Below, piece by piece: positions 20,019 to 27,596 of a stretch of DNA of 27,596 nt. Position 1 is the first letter of the stretch. Each line of letters opens with the position of its first letter. The notes under the pieces were generated by a model. It saw nothing but the letters and a program-made list of their open reading frames with translations, did not search any database and was not told where the DNA came from. Made by a program: the position numbers and the translations under genes. Where the stretch lies: contig JAYPQH010000023.1 in assembly GCA_038131935.1 (NCBI GenBank), forward strand, positions 1 to 27,596, given 5' to 3'. The DNA is from Alphaproteobacteria bacterium. GTDB taxonomy: Bacteria > Pseudomonadota > Alphaproteobacteria > UBA8317.

Positions 20019-20165
20019 ATTTTTCCTTCGTCAGACATAGACGTTTTAAAAACCTTCTGGTCTACATAGTTTGCTTATGACAATGATGCCTCAAGCGCGA
20101 CACTATATGGAAAATGATCAGACTTGTCTGTAGCTTAATGTTGGCCAAAGGGAGGAAAGTTCAAT

Positions 20166-20638
20166 ATGGCAGGAAGTGTAAACAAAGTTATTTTGGTTGG
20201 TAACCTCGGCAGGGACCCTGAAACCGAAGTTTTCAAAACGGTGGAAAGGTTTGCAATTTGAGAATTGCAACCTCTGAACGTTGGAAGGATAGAAACACCG
20301 GAGAGCAAAAAGAAAAAACAGAGTGGCATTCTGTGGCAATTTTTTCTGAACCTCTCGTGCGTGTTGCGGAACAATATCTGCGAAAAGGATCTTCAGTTTA
20401 TATCGAAGGCCAGTTAGAAACCAGAAAATGGCAGGACCAAACTGGGCAAGATAGATACACCACTGAAGTTGTTTTGCGGCCCTACAAGTCAGAATTAACC
20501 ATGCTCGGTGGTAGAGCTGATGGCCAATCTGGTGGTTATGTGCCAGCTGGCAATGACATGGATGCACTTCTACCAAGTGATTTTCCACAGCCGATGTCAC
20601 GCTCATCAATAGATCCAGATGATGATATACCATTCTGA
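20166..20638 (+). CDS. ssb: Single-stranded DNA-binding protein, split by an apparent 1-nt deletion near 20224-20225
   Basis: ATG 20166 (SD GGAGG) reads [21 protein letters not shown] second frame reads [21 protein letters not shown]...TEWH...DDDIPF. One added base gives DPETRSFQNGG. Confidence 0.93.
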
Positions 20639-20665
20639 TAACTGAAGTGTCCCAAACAACTTTAT

Positions 20666-21451
20666 TTATCTTGCGGTCCACCCTCCGTCGATCAGTTGAG
20701 AACTGCCAGTAATTTGGGATGCCTCATCTTGACACAAAAAGACCGCAAGAGCTCCCAGCTGTTGAGGTGTAACGAATGCCATTGACGGTTGTTTTTCAAA
20801 GAGCAATTGCGCAGATGCTTCTTCGATAGAAATGTTCTGGTTTTTTGCTCGTGCATCAATTTGCTGTTGTACAAGTGGGGTGAGAACCCAGCCAGGGCAA
20901 ATGGCATTGCAGGTGATGTTTTCTTGCGCTGTTTCGAGTGCCGTGACTTTTGTTAACCCAACCACGGCGTGTTTTGCCGCCACATAAGCTGCCTTTTGTT
21001 CTGAAGCAACATGGCCATGTGCGGAGGCTATGTTGATGATTCGGCCAAACTCTCCTTTTCGCATGAAAGGTAAGGCGACGCGTGTTGTATGAAACACCGC
21101 TGATAAATTTACCGCAATAATGGCATCCCACTTTTCAGGAGGAAAAGTTTCAATAGGGGAGGTATATTGAATGCCAGCGTTGTTGACCAATATATCAAGG
21201 CCATTCAACAGTTGCGCAGACGTATGGATCAAATCCTCGCATCCCTTTGCTGTTCCAATATCAGTGTTGAGATAATGGCTTTTGATGCCAAATTCTGCGC
21301 TTAAAGATTGGCAAAAACTCTGGATTTCTTTTTCGTCACCAAAGCCATGTACAACAACGTCACAGCCCTCAGATGCAAGCTTGTTAATGATTCCCTGACC
21401 AATTCCACTTGTTGAACCTGTTACGACGGCTCTCTTACCTTTTAAAATCAT
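20666..21451 (-). CDS. bdhA: D-3-hydroxybutyrate dehydrogenase (SDR)
   Basis: TGSTSGIG, NNAGIQ, IASAHGHVAS..KAAYVAAKH, ICPGWVLTPLV and EKQPS are features of the HBDH subfamily. Confidence 0.88.
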   Translation of the reverse strand: MILKGKRAVVTGSTSGIGQGIINKLASEGCDVVVHGFGDEKEIQSFCQSLSAEFGIKSHYLNTDIGTAKGCEDLIHTSAQLLNGLDILVNNAGIQYTSPIETFPPEKWDAIIAVNLSAVFHTTRVALPFMRKGEFGRIINIASAHGHVASEQKAAYVAAKHAVVGLTKVTALETAQENITCNAICPGWVLTPLVQQQIDARAKNQNISIEEASAQLLFEKQPSMAFVTPQQLGALAVFLCQDEASQITGSSQLIDGGWTAR

Positions 21452-21505
21452 TTTAACCCTCTAATATTTTTACCTTAGCCTAAGCATTTGCCGAAGCAGC
21501 TCTCG

Positions 21506-21535
21506 TTGAATATGTTATGGGTTTCGATGTATCAT
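21506..21535 (+). promoter_or_regulatory. Candidate sigma70-type promoter for gyrA
   Basis: TTGAAT(21506-21511)-N18-TATCAT(21530-21535), followed by SD GGAG before the TTG start. Pattern match only. Confidence 0.3.
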
Positions 21536-21563
21536 ATGTTGATGACCAGCGTGGAGAACTAAT

Positions 21564-24257
21564 TTGTCTGAATTCGACGAAAATACAGATCATGATCCTT
21601 TGCAAGAATTAGGAATTGGAAAAATATCTATAGAGGATGAGATGAAACGATCTTACCTCGACTATGCGATGAGCGTGATCGTATCTCGTGCTATTCCTGA
21701 TGTTCGTGATGGGTTGAAACCCGTTCATCGGCGTATTCTCTACGCCATGCATGAAGCTGGCTACAGCTTTGACAGACCTTACAGAAAGTCAGCGCGTGTG
21801 GTTGGTGATGTGATAGGTAAGTATCACCCACATGGCGAAGGTGCCGTTTACGATGCACTGGTGCGCATGGCGCAAGATTTTTCAATGCGTGTGCCATTGA
21901 TTGATGGACAAGGTAACTTTGGATCAATTGATGGAGACCCTCCAGCCGCGATGCGTTACACCGAAGTTCGTATGGAGAAGGTAACCTCGTCATTGCTTGC
22001 AGACATTGGTTTTGACACCGTCCCATTTCAGCCAAATTATGACAATCAAGAACATGAGCCAACAGTTATGCCGGCTCGCTTCCCTAATTTGCTTGTAAAT
22101 GGTGCAAATGGTATCGCAGTAGGCATGGCAACGAATATTCCACCTCACAATCTTGGTGAAGTGATGGATGGTTGTTTGCTTCTTCTTGATAATCCCGAAG
22201 TGGATACAGAAGAGCTTTTGCAGATCATTCCAGGCCCTGATCTCCCAACTGCAGGAAATATCTTAGGTGAACGCCGGACCCGTGAAGCTATACGAGAAGG
22301 TCGTGGATCTGTGATCATGCGTGGTGAAGCCCGTATAGAAGAGCATGACAAACCAAGAATCATCATCACGGAAATTCCCTACCAGGTAAATAAATCTTCT
22401 TTGGTGGAGAAAATTGCCGATTTGGTTAGAGACAAAAAAGTTGAAGGTATTACAGATCTTCGGGATGAATCAGATCGCCATGGCATTCGTATTGTTATTG
22501 AGTTACGACGTGATGCAGAAGCCGAGGTTGTTCTCAATCAGCTCTATCGTTTTACCCCGCTTCAAACAAATTTTTCCTACAACATGCTGGCGCTGGATTA
22601 TGGTAGGCCGCGTTCCATGGGGCTTCGCGATGTTTTGGAAGCATTCTTGAAATTTCGTGAAGAAGTTGTCGTCAAACGAAGCAAGTTCCAGTTGAAGAAA
22701 GCCCGTGATCGAGCCCATATTTTGGTTGGTCTGGTTATTGCTGTAAAATTTGTTGATGAGGTGGTGGCTATTATTCGTGCCGCACCAGACCCGGCAACAG
22801 CACGGGAGAGGCTTTGTGCGCGTTCTTGGCCTACCGGTGATATTATATCCTATCTTGCGTTGATTGATGGGACGACAAAAGAGTTTTCCAGCACCATTCA
22901 ACTGACCGAGACACAAGCCCGTGCCATCCTTGATTTGAGGTTGCAACGTTTAACAGCTATGGGTGTGGATGAAATTTCACAAGAATTGAAGGATATTGCT
23001 GAAGATATCAGAGGTCTTTTGAGTATCTTGACGGTGAGATCTGAGCTCTTAAGCGTCATTAGACAGGAATTTATTGACGTTAAAGATGCTTTTGCAACCC
23101 CTCGAAAAACACGAATATTGCAAACTTCTGATATGTTGGATGATGAAGACCTCATTCAACGCGAAGATATGATTGTGACCATCACACATGGTGGTTATAT
23201 CAAACGTGTGAAGGCCGATACCTACAGGGCTCAAAAACGGGGGGGCAAAGGATTATCTGGTTTGTCCATGCATGATGATGACTTTGTAACAAAGCTGATA
23301 TCTGCTGATACCCACACACCACTTATTTTCTTTACCACTGATGGCATGGCTTATGCCCAAAAAGTATGGCGTTTGCCTCCAGCATCACGGACGGCCCGTG
23401 GCAAAGCGATGGTGAATCTCTTACCAATTGGTCTTGATGTACGCATTGCTGCTGTATTGCCTCTGAACATCCCAGAGGAAGATCGAGAGCATTATTCTAT
23501 TGTTTTTGTTACGGCTAAAGGTGGAATTCGTCGCAACAAGTTGACTGATTTTGCGCAATTGCGCGCCAATGGCAAAATAGCCATGCGTTTAGGTGATGAT
23601 GATAGGCTGGTGTCTGTTCGTATTTGTGCCGACCATGAGCATCTTATGATTTCAACAAAGCGGGGCCAAGCTATACGTTTTCAGGCTGCAGCTGTACGTA
23701 TCTTTTCCGGAACCTCCTCTTCTGGTGTTCGAGGCATAGCATTGGCAGATGGAGATGAGGTGGTCTCATGCTCTATTCTGAATGGTTTGAAGGTCGAAAC
23801 GGATGAGGCCCAAGCATATCTTCGCTTGGCCAACACGATGAGACGCAGTGACGATGAGCAAGCTTTGTTCGATGAAGACCGTCAGGGCAGTGAAATTGTC
23901 GTTGATGAAGCGCGGTATGCTGAGCTTGGCGCACATGAACAAATGATTTTGGCTGTAACCACAGATGGCTACGGTAAGAGAACATCGTCATATGCATACC
24001 GAACGACCAATAGGGGTGGTAAGGGCATTAGAGCCATGGAATTGGCGTCTCGCGGCGATCTGGTCGCTGTCTTCACGGTCACAGAATCTGACCAACTTAT
24101 GATGGTAACAAATATGGGCCAGATGATAAGGGTTATGGCGTCTGATATTTCTATTCAGGGACGATCTGCCTCTGGTGTACGTATTTTTGATGTTGGTCAT
24201 GATGAATATGTTGTTTCCGTAACCAAAATGGTTGAACAAACAGACCTTGACGAGTGA
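21564..24257 (+). CDS. gyrA: DNA gyrase subunit A
   Basis: [23 protein letters not shown], catalytic AAMRYTE, GyrA-box QKRGGKG (distinguishes it from ParC) and C-terminal beta-pinwheel repeats. TTG start. Confidence 0.96.
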   Translation: MSEFDENTDHDPLQELGIGKISIEDEMKRSYLDYAMSVIVSRAIPDVRDGLKPVHRRILYAMHEAGYSFDRPYRKSARVVGDVIGKYHPHGEGAVYDALVRMAQDFSMRVPLIDGQGNFGSIDGDPPAAMRYTEVRMEKVTSSLLADIGFDTVPFQPNYDNQEHEPTVMPARFPNLLVNGANGIAVGMATNIPPHNLGEVMDGCLLLLDNPEVDTEELLQIIPGPDLPTAGNILGERRTREAIREGRGSVIMRGEARIEEHDKPRIIITEIPYQVNKSSLVEKIADLVRDKKVEGITDLRDESDRHGIRIVIELRRDAEAEVVLNQLYRFTPLQTNFSYNMLALDYGRPRSMGLRDVLEAFLKFREEVVVKRSKFQLKKARDRAHILVGLVIAVKFVDEVVAIIRAAPDPATARERLCARSWPTGDIISYLALIDGTTKEFSSTIQLTETQARAILDLRLQRLTAMGVDEISQELKDIAEDIRGLLSILTVRSELLSVIRQEFIDVKDAFATPRKTRILQTSDMLDDEDLIQREDMIVTITHGGYIKRVKADTYRAQKRGGKGLSGLSMHDDDFVTKLISADTHTPLIFFTTDGMAYAQKVWRLPPASRTARGKAMVNLLPIGLDVRIAAVLPLNIPEEDREHYSIVFVTAKGGIRRNKLTDFAQLRANGKIAMRLGDDDRLVSVRICADHEHLMISTKRGQAIRFQAAAVRIFSGTSSSGVRGIALADGDEVVSCSILNGLKVETDEAQAYLRLANTMRRSDDEQALFDEDRQGSEIVVDEARYAELGAHEQMILAVTTDGYGKRTSSYAYRTTNRGGKGIRAMELASRGDLVAVFTVTESDQLMMVTNMGQMIRVMASDISIQGRSASGVRIFDVGHDEYVVSVTKMVEQTDLDE

Positions 24258-24321
24258 TGCCTTAGGATGGTGGATGGGATGTGTGCTTGGCCTATGGGTA
24301 AGCTTATCTGATTTTTAAATA

Positions 24322-24834
24322 GTGAGTGCAGACAGTATGAAAAAAAGGCGGGGCCTGTACCCAGGAACTTTTGATCCTCTTACGCTTGGTCATTTGGATA
24401 TTATTAGACGCGCGAGCCGTATGGTTGACGAACTGGTTATTGGTGTCGCCGTGTCAGCGGGAAAAGAACCTTTGTTTTCGTTAGATGAGCGTTGTGCATT
24501 AGCCGAGCGTGAAATCTCTTATGTTGCTGATCCAAGTTGTAAGATTGAAGTAACCACATTTGATGGTTTGCTTGTTCAATTTGCGCGTGATCTAGATGTA
24601 CAAATTCTGGTTCGTGGCCTGCGTGCCGTATCCGATTTTGAGTATGAGTTTCAAATGGTTGGCATGAATTCTCAACTATCACCTGATCTGGAAACAGTAT
24701 TTTTGATGGCAGATATTCGTTATCAACCCATCGCATCACGCCTTGTCAAAGAAATTGCCAAGCTTGGTGGAGATGTCACAGCCTTTGTATCGCCCAACGT
24801 TGCAGAGGCGTTAGAAGTCAAGTTTCGTATCTAA
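24322..24834 (+). CDS. coaD: Phosphopantetheine adenylyltransferase
   Basis: YPGTFDPLTLGHLDII, RGLRAVSDFEYEFQM and SRLVKEIA.LGGDV. Start GTG 24322 or ATG 24337. Confidence 0.95.
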   Translation: MSADSMKKRRGLYPGTFDPLTLGHLDIIRRASRMVDELVIGVAVSAGKEPLFSLDERCALAEREISYVADPSCKIEVTTFDGLLVQFARDLDVQILVRGLRAVSDFEYEFQMVGMNSQLSPDLETVFLMADIRYQPIASRLVKEIAKLGGDVTAFVSPNVAEALEVKFRI

Positions 24835-24936
24835 TAAAGACGAGTACATCAATGATTACTTCCTCATTACATCATATTGCAAAAGTATTTTTCGCATTAA
24901 CTTTTGCGGTTTTTTTTTACAGCGAAAGGTTTTGCT

Positions 24937-25421
24937 ATGGATATCAAAGATCCCGAAAACACATTGATCATGACGGTGCCAGCGGGTGACGTGATTATTC
25001 AACTATTCCCAGATGTTGCCCCTAATCATGTTGAAAGATTGAAAACCTTAACAAGATCTGGCTTTTATGATGGCGTGGTATTTCACCGTGTCATAGACGG
25101 GTTCATGGCGCAAACTGGTGATCCAACAGGAACAGGCCGTGGTAGCTCTGAGCTTGACGACCTTAAGGCGGAATTCAATAAAGAGCCTCATATTCGGGGT
25201 GCTGTCTCTATGGCCAGGGCGCAACATCCAGACAGCGCCAATTCGCAATTTTTTATCGTATTCGATGATGCAAGATTTTTAGACGAGCAATACACATTAT
25301 TTGGTCGTGTCATTGACGGTATGGAACATATTGATGCGATCAAAAAGGGGATGATCGTATGAATGGTCAAGTTGATGATCCAGATAGCATTATCAAAATG
25401 GTGGTTGCCTCTGATCGTTGA
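24937..25421 (+). CDS. Cyclophilin-type peptidyl-prolyl cis-trans isomerase; C-terminus shifted by an apparent 1-nt deletion at G4 25347-25350; possible signal-peptide start at 24852
   Basis: MDIKDPENTL, FYDGVVFHRVIDGFMAQTGDP, SMARAQHPDSANSQFFI and LDEQYTLFG. One extra G gives IKKGDDRMNGQVDDPDSIIKMVVASDR* ending 25421, like alphaproteobacterial cyclophilin C-termini. Confidence 0.88.
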
Positions 25422-25440
25422 TCAAATTTGCGAGAACAGC

Positions 25441-27596
<2,156 letters not shown>

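Noticed and set aside
23780-23940. Acidic insertion in the GyrA C-terminal domain as a possible intein or novel domain
   Set aside because: It has no intein terminal residues, and a similar insertion is, as I recall, typical of alphaproteobacterial GyrA.

Overview
A 27.6-kb stretch of core alphaproteobacterial chromosome (GC roughly low-to-mid 40s % by eye; very compact, many overlapping stop/start codons). Gene order: argS(3' end)-SPOR-nagZ-scpA-scpB-ABC ATPase-tatA-tatB-tatC-serS-surE-nlpD, <DUF815 ATPase, yajC-secD-secF-Mth938-like, <sodB, squalene/phytoene-synthase-like, AEC transporter, <trmFO, <uvrA, ssb, <bdhA, gyrA-coaD-cyclophilin-queA-tgt(truncated). I see no RNA gene, mobile element, CRISPR array or defence island, and I cannot support a new biological system. 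The strongest unexplained signals are technical. The last ~28 nt closely match the Oxford Nanopore ligation adapter. Six genes (SPOR, Mth938-like, uvrA, ssb, cyclophilin, queA) are broken by apparent single-base indels (seven in total) that are most simply placed in base runs, so they most likely reflect long-read error rather than pseudogenes. Biological leads worth checking are a T9 tract that puts a signal-peptide-like leader out of frame with the cyclophilin, an unusual GyrA QRDR (HPHGEG), a highly diverged NDUFAF6-like gene separated from an NDUFAF3-like gene by sodB, and no canonical LexA box between uvrA and ssb. All identifications come from motif recognition and recalled synteny, not database searches.
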